58,850 bases of DNA from Thermoanaerobaculia bacterium (lineage in GTDB: Bacteria > Acidobacteriota > Thermoanaerobaculia > UBA5066): the NCBI GenBank assembly GCA_041495865.1, contig JBGQDL010000002.1:1-58850 (forward strand). The letters run 5' to 3'. Made by a program: the position numbers and the translations under genes. Below, piece after piece: positions 16,515 through 25,627 of this stretch. Under the pieces are notes generated by a model, which ran no database searches, was not told where the DNA came from, and was given only the letters and a program-made list of their open reading frames with translations. The first letter of the stretch is position 1; each line of letters starts with the position of its first letter.

Positions 16515-17533
16515 GAACGCGATTCACCCGGCGACTGGCGTTCGCCGTGCTCTGGCTCGCCGTGTTCGATCAGTTCGTGCCGCGTCTGCTGCGGCGCGTA
16601 GAGAGGGAGCGCTACGAGGCCGGTAGCGTCTTCCGCTTCGAGAACTCCGACCTCTTCGCGCTGGGCCCCCTGGTGTCCTACCTGCGAGAGCATCCGCAGG
16701 GCAATCGCCGGCGAGTCGTCTTCCTCGGCAACTCGATCATCTTCGGCTACGGACTTGCCGCTGCCGAGGCGATCCCTGCCCAGTTCCAGGAGCAGCAACC
16801 GGGCACCAGGGTTTTCAACGCGGCGTTCAACAGCGCCGGGCTGGGCAGCAGCTACCTGATCGCCAAGGCCATCGTCGAGGCGGTCGACGGCTTGGTCGTC
16901 CTCATCGGCTCCCCAGGCACGGCCCATGACATGCTGCCGTCGCTGATCCCGGTCGAAGAGAGCGACCGCCGCGCCTTCGCGCTGCGTCCGCCCGATCGGA
17001 TCGAGCGCCGCCTCCAGTCGCTCGCCGGCGTCTGGCGGCTGTACGCGTACCGGTATCGACTACAGGCTGCGCTCTTCTCAACCTCCACAAGGCAGTACGT
17101 CTATTTGCACAAGCGGGACATCGTGCGCCGTCTCGTGACCCCCTTCACCTCGCCGCCTCCCCCGCCGCCGACACCCTGGCGTCCAAGCGACGACCGCGCG
17201 GTATTGCGGGCGCCCCGGTCCGCGAGCCCGCTGGACGCGGAGGGCCGGCGCCAGCTCCGACAGAACCACCAACTCTTGTGCCAGTTCGCCGATCTGGCTC
17301 GTTCCCACCGGAAACCGGCGGTGTTCGTCCAGGTGGTTGACGTCAGCGTCGAGCTCAGCGACTCGGAAGCGGCCGACTTCAACGCGATGTTCGCCCCCTT
17401 TGCCGAAACCGTCAACATCGGCTTGCCTCCGTCGCTGAGGATCGACACCATGCACCTGACGCCCCAAGGGGCGCATGCGGTTGCGGTGGCGCTCTCCCGG
17501 TACGACAGCGAGCGAGAGATCGGGCGGAGATGA
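16511..17533 (+). CDS. membrane-anchored SGNH/GDSL-like protein (DltD/AlgJ-like candidate O-acyltransferase)
   Basis: GTG at 16511 overlaps the upstream TGA (GTGA). N-terminal anchor is RLAFAVLWLAVF. VVFLGNSIIFGYG is block I, with Ser75. RIDTMHLTPQGAH is block V, DxxH. Confidence 0.6.
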   Translation: MRTRFTRRLAFAVLWLAVFDQFVPRLLRRVERERYEAGSVFRFENSDLFALGPLVSYLREHPQGNRRRVVFLGNSIIFGYGLAAAEAIPAQFQEQQPGTRVFNAAFNSAGLGSSYLIAKAIVEAVDGLVVLIGSPGTAHDMLPSLIPVEESDRRAFALRPPDRIERRLQSLAGVWRLYAYRYRLQAALFSTSTRQYVYLHKRDIVRRLVTPFTSPPPPPPTPWRPSDDRAVLRAPRSASPLDAEGRRQLRQNHQLLCQFADLARSHRKPAVFVQVVDVSVELSDSEAADFNAMFAPFAETVNIGLPPSLRIDTMHLTPQGAHAVAVALSRYDSEREIGRR

Positions 17534-18687
17534 TCTTCACCGACCTTCGCTTCCTGGTGCTGTTCGCCGCCTGCTGGGGGTGCTTTTTCACGCTGCCACG
17601 CAGCTGGCGCCCGTCCGTGCTCGCCTTCTGGGGCGCCGTCTTCTACCTGACCTACGCCGGGACTTTCCTGGCGGCGGTCCTCGTCCTCGTCGGGTTGGTC
17701 CATTCTTCCGGCCGGCGGCCGCTGGCTTGGGCCGCAGGAACAACGACAATCGCCCTGCTGGCGTATTTCAAGCTCACGCTCCGCGCCAGCCCGCTGCCCG
17801 CGACAGACACGGGTCCGGCCGCGATCCTCATCCCGCTCGGCTTCTCGTATCTCGCCTTCGAGCTGCTGCACGTGGTGATCGAGCGCCACCGCGGCCGTAT
17901 CCAGGTTCTGCGCCTGGCGGATCTGCTCGCTTTCGCGTTCTTCGCGCCGGCGCGCATCGCTGGGCCGATCAAACGCCTTCCGGAGTTCACCGCCGCGGTC
18001 CAGGCGGCCACGCTGTCGGGCGCCAACGTGTACGCGGGCGTTCTGCGTGTGCTCATCGGCCTTGCCAAGAAGCTGCTGGTGGCAGACGTCCTCGCGCTGA
18101 CCGTGGCCGAGAGCTCCTACGTCAGCACCACGCGCCACGCCTGGACGATCGTGCTCGCATTCTCCTTACAGATCTATTTCGACTTCAGCGCCTACTCGGA
18201 CATCGCCATCGGGTTCGCTCGCCTGATGGGTATCGAGCTGCCGGAGAACTTCCGGTGGGCCTATCTGGCAAGCAACATCCGCGACTTCTGGAATCGCTGG
18301 CACATCACGCTGTCGCACTGGGTGCGCGACTACGTGTTCATGCCGACCGCGAGCGCTCTCTTCCAAACCAGGCTGCGGCGGTGGCCACCGGCCATCGCCG
18401 CCATCAGCTATCTCCTCGCCTTCCTCATCGTCGGCGCGTGGCACGGCGCCACCGGGGCGTTCCTCGTCTGGGGGCTCTATCACGGTATCCTGCTCGCTCT
18501 CTTCCATTTCGTCCGCCTGAAGACGCCGGCGCGGATCGCCGATCACCCGCTCTACCGCTCGCGCGTGGCGAAGGGACTCGCCGTCGCAGTAACATTCGCG
18601 TGTGTCACGCTCGGATGGGTGCCGTTCATGCTGCCGCTGAAGGAAGCGCAGAGGCTCCTGGGGATTATGTTTGGAGCCTCGAGGTGA
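17530..18687 (+). CDS. MBOAT family membrane-bound O-acyltransferase (DltB/AlgI-like)
   Basis: 385 aa, polytopic. YSDIAIGFARLMGIELPENF...NIRDFWNRWHITLSHWVRDYVF contains the conserved MBOAT His. ATGA overlap with the upstream gene. Confidence 0.9.
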   Translation: MIFTDLRFLVLFAACWGCFFTLPRSWRPSVLAFWGAVFYLTYAGTFLAAVLVLVGLVHSSGRRPLAWAAGTTTIALLAYFKLTLRASPLPATDTGPAAILIPLGFSYLAFELLHVVIERHRGRIQVLRLADLLAFAFFAPARIAGPIKRLPEFTAAVQAATLSGANVYAGVLRVLIGLAKKLLVADVLALTVAESSYVSTTRHAWTIVLAFSLQIYFDFSAYSDIAIGFARLMGIELPENFRWAYLASNIRDFWNRWHITLSHWVRDYVFMPTASALFQTRLRRWPPAIAAISYLLAFLIVGAWHGATGAFLVWGLYHGILLALFHFVRLKTPARIADHPLYRSRVAKGLAVAVTFACVTLGWVPFMLPLKEAQRLLGIMFGASR

Positions 18688-18794
18688 GGGCGTTGCTGAA
18701 GGACGTGCTCGTTGGCTTGGCGCTCGCGGTGCTGGTGGCCGTGTTGCTCCTTTTCGCCTCGTTCGACTCCACGTTCATCTATCGTGGTTTTTAG
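18684..18794 (+). CDS. 36-aa single-TM micro-protein with C-terminal FIYRGF (DltX-like)
   Basis: GTG at 18684 overlaps the MBOAT TGA (GTGA). Translation is VRALLKDVLVGLALAVLVAVLLLFASFDSTFIYRGF*. It is not listed as a separate ORF in the track, where it is the tail of the spurious 17475..18794 ORF. Confidence 0.55.
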   Translation: MRALLKDVLVGLALAVLVAVLLLFASFDSTFIYRGF

Positions 18795-18845
18795 GAACGC
18801 GCCTCGGCCATCGCACCGATGGTCTAGGCTGGGCTCCACGAGACC

Positions 18846-20426
18846 ATGACACGACCCCTCGGTGCCGATCCGCCCGACCCATTTTCCGCGGGTGAGCCCG
18901 CCGCCACCCTTTCGTCCGAAGGCACGACCGGTCAAGTCGTGCGGGGGAGCCTGTGGTATTCCGGCGGGCAGGGCGTCACGCTGCTGGCCGCCCTGACGGC
19001 CACCCCGTTCGTGATCCGCGTGCTCGGTCCGGAGCAATACGGCGTTCTGGCGCTCATGAATGTACTCACCGCCTGTCTTGCGTTCAGCGATCTGGGAATG
19101 GGGATCGCCTCGACGCGCTTCGGGGCGGAGGCGCACGCGCGCGGTGACGACGACGGGGAGGCGGCGGCGATCTGGGCAGGCCTGCTGCTCGGCGCTCTGC
19201 CGGCCACGCTCGCAGCCACGGCTCTGGCAGCAGGGGCAAGCCCCCTGCTTCGGGCCCTGCACGTGCCCGCGCGCCTGCAGGACGAGGCGACAATTGCCCT
19301 GCGTCTGGCCGCCATCGGCATCGTGGCCCGGGTCGTGACCGGGGTGTTCAACACCCCGCAGCTGGTGCGGTTGCGTATGCGCCTGCACGCCGCGGTGACG
19401 ACCGCAGGCAGCGTCCTGCAGATCGCCGGCATCCCGGTGGCCTTGTCACTCGGCGCCGGCCTCGTGGGCGCCGGCGCGGTGATCGCCGGCGTCGGCATCG
19501 TCACCGCGGTATGCCAGACGTTGATCGCCCGCCGCATCCTGCCGCGCCTCGCCCGCCCGCGGTTCGAGCGACGGCTGTTCGGACGCCTGGCACGGTTCGG
19601 CGGCGCCATCGTGGTGAGCAGCTTCACCGGCCTGCTGCTCACCAACGGCGAGAAGCTCTTCCTCACTCGCCTGGTCTCCGTCGAGGCCCTGGCGTATTAC
19701 ACCGTCGCCTTCTCGCTCGCCAATCTGCTGATCATTCCAGCCGCCGCTTTGTACCACGCCATGCTGCCGACGTTCACGAGGTACCAGGCGAACGGGCAAT
19801 GGGAGGACCTGGCGCGCATCTACGGCGAGCTCCTGCGCGGCGTCTTGTTGATCATGCCGCTCATCGCGCTGGCGCTCTTCGCTGGAGCGAGACCCTTTTT
19901 CACGCTCTGGGCTGGCCCCCGCTTCGGCATGACCAGCACTCCGCTCTTCTTCGTCATGATCGTGGGCGTATTCACGATGGTCAGCGCTTACGTGCCGGCC
20001 TGTCTGCTGGTCGCCGTGGACCGCGCCGGCTTCGGCGCCCGCTACAACCTTCTCGAGTTGATTCCGTACCTGCTGCTGGCACTCCTCCTCACAGCACGCT
20101 GGGGCGGCGCCGGCGCGGCTGCGGCCTGGAGCCTGCGCTCGGTGGTGGCACTGCCCGTCTTTCTGCTGGCGGCGCGACGGAGCCTCGCCCTCCGCCATGC
20201 AACACCGTCGCCTTTGGGGGCCGTCTATTTCTCGGCGCTGGCGCTGCTGGTGTTGCCGTCGATTGCGGCTGCCTTGCTCGGCATCTCCTGGCCTCTGCTG
20301 CCGCTGGCCGCCGTGACTTCCTCTGCGGTGTACCTGTGGATCGTCTTCGCGCGGCTGTTGGATGAACGGGAAAGGGGCTGGATCAGGTCTAAGCTGCTGG
20401 TCAAGTGGCCCGCCGGGGCGGCGTAG
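18846..20426 (+). CDS. oligosaccharide flippase (Wzx/MOP superfamily)
   Basis: 526 aa with about 12-14 TM segments. N-terminal GGQGVTLLAALTATPFVIRVLGPEQYGVLAL is typical of polysaccharide biosynthesis (Polysacc_synt) proteins. Confidence 0.8.
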   Translation: MTRPLGADPPDPFSAGEPAATLSSEGTTGQVVRGSLWYSGGQGVTLLAALTATPFVIRVLGPEQYGVLALMNVLTACLAFSDLGMGIASTRFGAEAHARGDDDGEAAAIWAGLLLGALPATLAATALAAGASPLLRALHVPARLQDEATIALRLAAIGIVARVVTGVFNTPQLVRLRMRLHAAVTTAGSVLQIAGIPVALSLGAGLVGAGAVIAGVGIVTAVCQTLIARRILPRLARPRFERRLFGRLARFGGAIVVSSFTGLLLTNGEKLFLTRLVSVEALAYYTVAFSLANLLIIPAAALYHAMLPTFTRYQANGQWEDLARIYGELLRGVLLIMPLIALALFAGARPFFTLWAGPRFGMTSTPLFFVMIVGVFTMVSAYVPACLLVAVDRAGFGARYNLLELIPYLLLALLLTARWGGAGAAAAWSLRSVVALPVFLLAARRSLALRHATPSPLGAVYFSALALLVLPSIAAALLGISWPLLPLAAVTSSAVYLWIVFARLLDERERGWIRSKLLVKWPAGAA

Positions 20427-20427
20427 A

Positions 20428-21336
20428 ATGCACGACGAACCGTCGCTTCCGAAGCTGAGCATCGTCACCCCCTCGTACAATCAGGGCGGGTTTCTCGAGA
20501 CGACGATGCTGTCGGTTCTCGAGCAGAGCTACCCGCGGTTCGAGTACATCGTCATCGATGGCGGCAGCACGGACGAGAGCGTGGAGATCATCCGTCGCTA
20601 CCAGGATCGCGTCGCCTATTGGGTGACCGAGAAGGACGGCGGGCAAGCGCACGCCATCAATAAGGGTCTGAAGAGAGCCACGGGGGAGATCTTCGCTTTC
20701 ATCAACAGCGATGACCTCTACTTGCCCGGCGCATTGCGGGCCGTCGGCGAGTACTTCCGCCGGCACCCGACGTGCACCTGGCTTTGCGGCGACACGATCC
20801 TGTTCGGGCCGGGGCGCGCACCCGAGCATCCACGGACGCGCGTGCCGAAATCCGCCGCGCACGCCCTCTCGTGGGCGTACAGAGCGCCGCAGCCCGGGAT
20901 GTTCTGGCGGCGCGAGATCGTCGCCGATGGCTTTCAGGAGAAGTGGCGCTACTGCTTCGACAACGAGCTCTACGTCCGCTTGCTGCTTCGCGGCCACCGC
21001 TGTGAGCACCTGCCGGTGGCCGTGGCAGCGTATCGCCTTCACCCGACGAGCAAGACGGTGGCAGAGGCCGCAGGCTTCGACCGCGAGTTCGACGAGATCG
21101 CCGAGATCTACCATCCGCATCTCGCGGGCTCGGCACGGCGTTGGACGCTGGGCACACTTCTGCTCAGGCGGTCCCTGCAGGCGAGCGCGGCGGGTGACGC
21201 CAGGGCTGCCGCCAGGTACCTGCTGCGCTCCTTCGTGGTTCATCCACCGGGAATCGCCGGCCGTCTGTTCTGGGGCTCCCTTCGGCAGGCGCTGAGGACC
21301 GTTCGTCTCACGAAGCGCAATGGGCTCGGAGACTGA
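20428..21336 (+). CDS. glycosyltransferase family 2
   Basis: [42 protein letters not shown]...FINSDD is present. ATG at 20428 follows directly after the Wzx TAG. The 20362 start is rejected. Confidence 0.85.
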   Translation: MHDEPSLPKLSIVTPSYNQGGFLETTMLSVLEQSYPRFEYIVIDGGSTDESVEIIRRYQDRVAYWVTEKDGGQAHAINKGLKRATGEIFAFINSDDLYLPGALRAVGEYFRRHPTCTWLCGDTILFGPGRAPEHPRTRVPKSAAHALSWAYRAPQPGMFWRREIVADGFQEKWRYCFDNELYVRLLLRGHRCEHLPVAVAAYRLHPTSKTVAEAAGFDREFDEIAEIYHPHLAGSARRWTLGTLLLRRSLQASAAGDARAAARYLLRSFVVHPPGIAGRLFWGSLRQALRTVRLTKRNGLGD

Positions 21337-21338
21337 GC

Positions 21339-21458
21339 GTGCGGCACTCGGATTACTGGGTGGGCGAAAAGGACGAGGGCCAGGCGGTGACCATCAACAA
21401 GGGATTCGCTCGGGCGACCGGCGACGTTCTGGCCTGGCTCAATTCGGATGACAAGTAA
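21339..21458 (+). pseudogene. relic of a second GT2 gene (internal fragment only)
   Basis: Translates to [39 protein letters not shown]. This parallels [33 protein letters not shown] of the preceding gene. The N-terminal DxD-bearing part and the C-terminus are missing. Confidence 0.55.
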
Positions 21459-22656
21459 TCCGCTACCCCAGAACGTACTTTACCTTTCCTACGACGGGGC
21501 CCTGGATCCCCTGGGGCGGTCGCAGGTGGTCCCCTGCCTGGAGGGGCTCTCTCTCGCGGGGTACCGTTTTGATCTCATCAGCTTCGAGAAGCCGCAACGG
21601 TTCGCCCAGGTCGAAGATCGGACGCGGATGCAGGCGCGTCTCTCCGCGGCCAAGATCACATGGCACCCGCTGCCTTACCACAAGCGCCCCTCGACCCTGG
21701 CGACCTCCTACGACCTTGCACGAGGCCTCCGGCTCGCGCAGCGGCTCGCGCGAGACCGGCGTTTCGCGCTGGTGCACGCGCGCTCCTACCCGGCGAGCCT
21801 GATCGCGTGGCGGCTCGGGCACCCCTACGTTTTCGACATGCGGGGCCTCTACGCCGAAGAGCGCGTCGAGGGCGGGATCTGGCCCGCCGGCGGCGCGCTC
21901 CACCGGATGACCAAGGCGCTCGAGCCGCGGCTCCTGCGCGACGCGGCGGCGGTGATCACGCTCACCGAGGCCAGCGTCTCGGTCCTGCGGAAGATGATGG
22001 CGAGCGCAGGCTCCAGGGCCGTGCTCGAGGTGATTCCGACCGGCGTCGATCTCGATCGCTTCCGGACCCTGGCGCGTCCCGAGGGCCCCTTCACCGCCGC
22101 TTACCTCGGCTCCCTGGGGACCTGGTACCTCCTCGAGGAGATGCTCCTCCTGGGGCGCGCGCTGCTCGCGTGCGCCCCTGAGGCGAAGCTTCTCTTCCTG
22201 AGCAACGACGACCCGGCGCCGCTCCGGGCCCGCGCCGCCGCCCTGGGGCTGCCGGCCGAGCGCCTCCTCTCACGCAGCGTGCCGCACGAGCAAGTGCCTG
22301 AGGCGCTCCACGAGGCCTGGGCGACCTTCGCCCTGATTCGGCCAAGCCCTTCCAAGATCGCGTCGGCAGCCACGAAGTTCGGGGAGTCTCTGGCGCTCGG
22401 CCTGCCGGCGCTCATCAACCGTGGCATCGGAGACAGCGCCGAAGTCGCTTTGAGCGAGCGCGTAGGGGTCGTCGTGGAGGAGCTCTCGCCGCCCGGCTAC
22501 GCGCGCGCCGCCGAGGAGCTTTTTCACCTCTCCTCCGAGGAGGGGATCAGGGAGCGCTGCCGGCGCGCCGCGGAGGTGCGCTTCGATCTCGCGCGTGGCG
22601 TCACGCGCTATGCTGCCTTGTACGCTGCGGTCTCGGGGAGGGCCGGACGACCGTGA
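21448..22656 (+). CDS. glycosyltransferase family 4 (GT-B)
   Basis: 402 aa. [18 protein letters not shown]...[19 protein letters not shown] is GT-B like. Confidence 0.8.
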   Translation: MTSNPLPQNVLYLSYDGALDPLGRSQVVPCLEGLSLAGYRFDLISFEKPQRFAQVEDRTRMQARLSAAKITWHPLPYHKRPSTLATSYDLARGLRLAQRLARDRRFALVHARSYPASLIAWRLGHPYVFDMRGLYAEERVEGGIWPAGGALHRMTKALEPRLLRDAAAVITLTEASVSVLRKMMASAGSRAVLEVIPTGVDLDRFRTLARPEGPFTAAYLGSLGTWYLLEEMLLLGRALLACAPEAKLLFLSNDDPAPLRARAAALGLPAERLLSRSVPHEQVPEALHEAWATFALIRPSPSKIASAATKFGESLALGLPALINRGIGDSAEVALSERVGVVVEELSPPGYARAAEELFHLSSEEGIRERCRRAAEVRFDLARGVTRYAALYAAVSGRAGRP

Positions 22657-23729
22657 AGAAGATCCTGATCCTCTGCCCCTACCCGGTACGCCGGGCCCCC
22701 AGCCAGCGCCTGAAGTTCGAGCAGTACTACGACTCCTGGCGCGCCGCCGGCTACCAGCTCGAGGTGCGCCCCTTCTGGGATGAGGCCGCCTGGGACATCC
22801 TCTATCAGCGGGGCCATTACCAGGCGAAGCTCTTCGGGCTTTTGCGCGGGCTGCTCGGGCGCGCCTCCGCGCTCTCGGAGGCGCGCGACGCCGCGCTGGT
22901 CTACCTGCACCTCGAGGCCGCCCCCATCGGTCCCCCGCTCATCGAGCGTCTCATTGCGGCGGCGGGCGCTCCGATCGTCTACGACGTCGAGGATCTCCTC
23001 TACCTCCCGTACAGCTCGGCAAGCAACCGCTTCATGCGCTGGCTGCGCGGCCGCGACAAGGTCTTTGGGCTGATGCGCCTCTCGCGCCACGTCATCGTCT
23101 GCAGCGAGCACTTTCGGCGCCTCGCGCTCGCGCACAACCCCCGTGTGACCAACATCGCCCCGCACATCGATACCGCGCGCTACCAGCCGCGCCCGCACCG
23201 CCCTCGCACCGAAGGCGTGGTCATCGGCTGGACCGGGAGTCACAGTACCTCGCCCTACCTGCACCTCCTCGATGAAGTACTGCGCGAACTCCAGCGCACC
23301 GACGCCATCTGTGTGCGGGTGATCGGGGACGCCTCCTTCCAGGTCGAGGGGCTCGCGCTCGAGGCCGGACCCTGGGTCCTGGAGACCGAAATCCAGGATC
23401 TCTCCGACATCGATATCGGCGTCTACCCGCTCCCGAAGGAGGAATGGGTACTCGGCAAGAGCGGCATCAAGGCACTGCAGTACATGGGGCTCGCCATCCC
23501 CACGGTCGCGCAGCGCATCGGCGCGAACCTCGAGATCATCGAGCCGGACACGAACGGCCTCCTGGCGAGCAGCCCCGAGGAATGGCACGCAGCCCTGAAA
23601 TGCCTCATCCGCGATCCGGCGCTGCGGCGCCGGATCGGGGAGGCGGGGCGCCGTACGATTCTCGAACGCTACTCTGTCGAGACAAACCAGCGCCGCTACC
23701 TCGATATCCTGGACGACGTGGCACGATGA
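22653..23729 (+). CDS. glycosyltransferase (GT-B, family 1/4)
   Basis: KILILCPYP...GWTGSHST...GKSGIKALQYMGLAIPTVAQRIGANLEIIEPDTNGLL is present. GTGA overlap with the upstream gene. Confidence 0.8.
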   Translation: MKKILILCPYPVRRAPSQRLKFEQYYDSWRAAGYQLEVRPFWDEAAWDILYQRGHYQAKLFGLLRGLLGRASALSEARDAALVYLHLEAAPIGPPLIERLIAAAGAPIVYDVEDLLYLPYSSASNRFMRWLRGRDKVFGLMRLSRHVIVCSEHFRRLALAHNPRVTNIAPHIDTARYQPRPHRPRTEGVVIGWTGSHSTSPYLHLLDEVLRELQRTDAICVRVIGDASFQVEGLALEAGPWVLETEIQDLSDIDIGVYPLPKEEWVLGKSGIKALQYMGLAIPTVAQRIGANLEIIEPDTNGLLASSPEEWHAALKCLIRDPALRRRIGEAGRRTILERYSVETNQRRYLDILDDVAR

Positions 23730-23748
23730 GCGAGAGGCTACAGCCGCC

Positions 23749-24630
23749 GTGAAGACGATCTCGGTCATCATCCCGACTTACAACTACGCCCGTTTCCTGG
23801 GCGAGGCGATCGACAGCGCCCTGGCGCAGACGTACACCCCTCTCGAGGTTATCGTCGTCGACGACGGCTCGACGGACGAGACGCCGGAGATCCTGGCCCG
23901 CTACCGCGACCGCATCCGGGCGGTGCGTCAGCGCAACCAGGGAGTTTCCATGGCGAGGAATGCCGGCATCGCGGCGGCGAGAGGCGACTACTTCGCCTTC
24001 CTCGACTCGGACGACCTTTGGCTCCCTCGGAAGCTCGAGCGACAGCTCGCGCGCTTTGCAGCCGACTCCGCGCTCGGCCTCGTTCATTGCGGCGTCGAGA
24101 CATTCGGCGAGAGGGCCGCGACTCGGCAAGTCTTCGAAGGGATGGAAGGGTGGGTGGGAGAGGAGATCCTACGCCTCGACCGTGGGGTCATCGCCGGTCC
24201 CGGCAGCACCGTCGTCGTCCCGAGGCGGGTGGCCGAGGAGATCGGCGGCTTCGACCCTCGTCTCCTGCCTTCGGAGGACTGGGACTTCTGCTACCGCATC
24301 GCCGCGCGTTACAAAGTCGGCTACGTCGCCGAGACCCTCGTGCAGTACCGGCTGCACGGCGGCGGCGCCCACCTCGACATCCAGGGCCTGGAGAGATCCA
24401 TGCTGCTGGCGCTGGAAAAGGCGTTTACTTCCTCCGATCCGGCCGTGCAGTCGCTGCGGGCCCATTCTTACGGCCGGCTCCACCGGATCCTGGCCGGATG
24501 CTACTTCCAGGCTCGCCGGCCCCGCCCCTTCGTGCGCCACGCGGTCACGAGCCTGCGCTACGACCTCGGCAACCTCCGCTATTTCTTCTCTTACCCCTGG
24601 CGCCTGTTCAGGCGGACGCTCGCGCGATAG
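23749..24630 (+). CDS. glycosyltransferase family 2
   Basis: ISVIIPTYNYARFLGEAIDSALAQTY..EVIVVDDGSTDET...FLDSDD is present. GTG start. Confidence 0.85.
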   Translation: MKTISVIIPTYNYARFLGEAIDSALAQTYTPLEVIVVDDGSTDETPEILARYRDRIRAVRQRNQGVSMARNAGIAAARGDYFAFLDSDDLWLPRKLERQLARFAADSALGLVHCGVETFGERAATRQVFEGMEGWVGEEILRLDRGVIAGPGSTVVVPRRVAEEIGGFDPRLLPSEDWDFCYRIAARYKVGYVAETLVQYRLHGGGAHLDIQGLERSMLLALEKAFTSSDPAVQSLRAHSYGRLHRILAGCYFQARRPRPFVRHAVTSLRYDLGNLRYFFSYPWRLFRRTLAR

Positions 24631-24648
24631 CGTCCCATGTGCGGAATC
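24601..24648 (+). repeat. copy A of duplicated junction (GT2 3' end + TAG + asnB ATG)
   Basis: cgcctgttcaggcggacgctcgcgcgatagc...atgtgcggaatc. By hand alignment 27 of 31 nt match copy B, plus the MCGI codons. Confidence 0.6.
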
Positions 24649-24660
24649 CGGGAGCGTTGG
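24637..24660 (+). pseudogene. relic of the 5' end of the asparagine synthase gene (ATGTGCGGAATC... = MCGI)
   Basis: ATGTGCGGAATCCGGGAGCGTT matches ATGTGCGGCATCTTCGGAGCGGT at 27084. The reading frame then degenerates and stops at 24693. Confidence 0.45.
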
Positions 24661-24732
24661 CGCGGCACCGCATTGGCACCAGCAGAGGCGTGAGCAGACT
24701 CGCCCGCGCGGGGTCATCCGCTATATAAGTAG

Positions 24733-25584
24733 ATGGTGTCGGTGTCATATGCCCAGGCGGTTCGACTCTTGCGGGGTCGGCCCGAATTCCAGCAGCTGCT
24801 GGCCGACGCCTATCTCGACGAGGACCCGGGTCTCGCCTGCCGGCGCTTCGAGACCAGTGCCGAGTTCCGGGAAACCGGTCGGCTGTTGGGAGTGGCGCGG
24901 GAGGACTCGCGGGCGCGGCGGCTGCTCGACCTCGGCGCCGGCAACGGCATCGCTTCGTATGCGTTTGCGCGTACAGGGCTGCGGGTCTCGGCTGTCGAGC
25001 CGGATCCGAGCGACGAGGTTGGGGCGGCCGCCCTGCGGCGCGCCTGCGCCGGTGCCGGCCTCGACGTCGAGGTGCATGAAGCGCCGGCCGCGCAGCTGCC
25101 GTGGGCCAGCGGCACCTTCGATTTCGTCTACGCGCGCCAGGTCCTTCACCACGCCGCAGATCTCGAGCAGATGATCCGCGAGGCCGCGCGGGTCTTGCGG
25201 CGGGGCGGCCGGCTCCTCGCGGTGCGGGAGCCCGTGGTGGATGACGACGCCCAGCTGCGGGAGTTCCTCCGATCCCACCCCCTACACTCTCTGCACGGGA
25301 AGGAGCACGCCTATTCCCTGCAACGGTATCTGGGTGCCATCCGTGGGGCCGGGCTGCACCTCGAGCGGGTGCTGGGTCCGTGGGATTCCGTCGTCAACTA
25401 CGCGCCCTTCACCGCCGCCGATCTGCGCTCCCGCGCGCTGTTGCGCGCGAGGCAGCGATTCGGCGCCCTCGGCGAGGTGATCGGTCGTACGCCGCCCTGG
25501 CGCTGGTTGTATCGATGGCGCCTGAAACACGACCGCAGCCCGGGTCGGTTGTTTGCCTTCCTGGCGCGCAAGGAGGAGGACTGA
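24733..25584 (+). CDS. class I SAM-dependent methyltransferase
   Basis: LLDLGAGNGIAS is motif I. FDFVYARQVLHH and LRRGGRLL are also present. Confidence 0.85.
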   Translation: MVSVSYAQAVRLLRGRPEFQQLLADAYLDEDPGLACRRFETSAEFRETGRLLGVAREDSRARRLLDLGAGNGIASYAFARTGLRVSAVEPDPSDEVGAAALRRACAGAGLDVEVHEAPAAQLPWASGTFDFVYARQVLHHAADLEQMIREAARVLRRGGRLLAVREPVVDDDAQLREFLRSHPLHSLHGKEHAYSLQRYLGAIRGAGLHLERVLGPWDSVVNYAPFTAADLRSRALLRARQRFGALGEVIGRTPPWRWLYRWRLKHDRSPGRLFAFLARKEED

Positions 25585-25627
25585 GCGGAGCTCGGCTCGC
25601 CATGGTGTTGTGGTCCGGGAGCGCTGC

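Noticed and set aside
18671-18895. 74-aa ORF (MEPRGEG...) downstream of the MBOAT gene
   Set aside because: It has no hydrophobic or conserved features. The overlapping 36-codon frame with GTGA coupling and the FIYRGF terminus is preferred.
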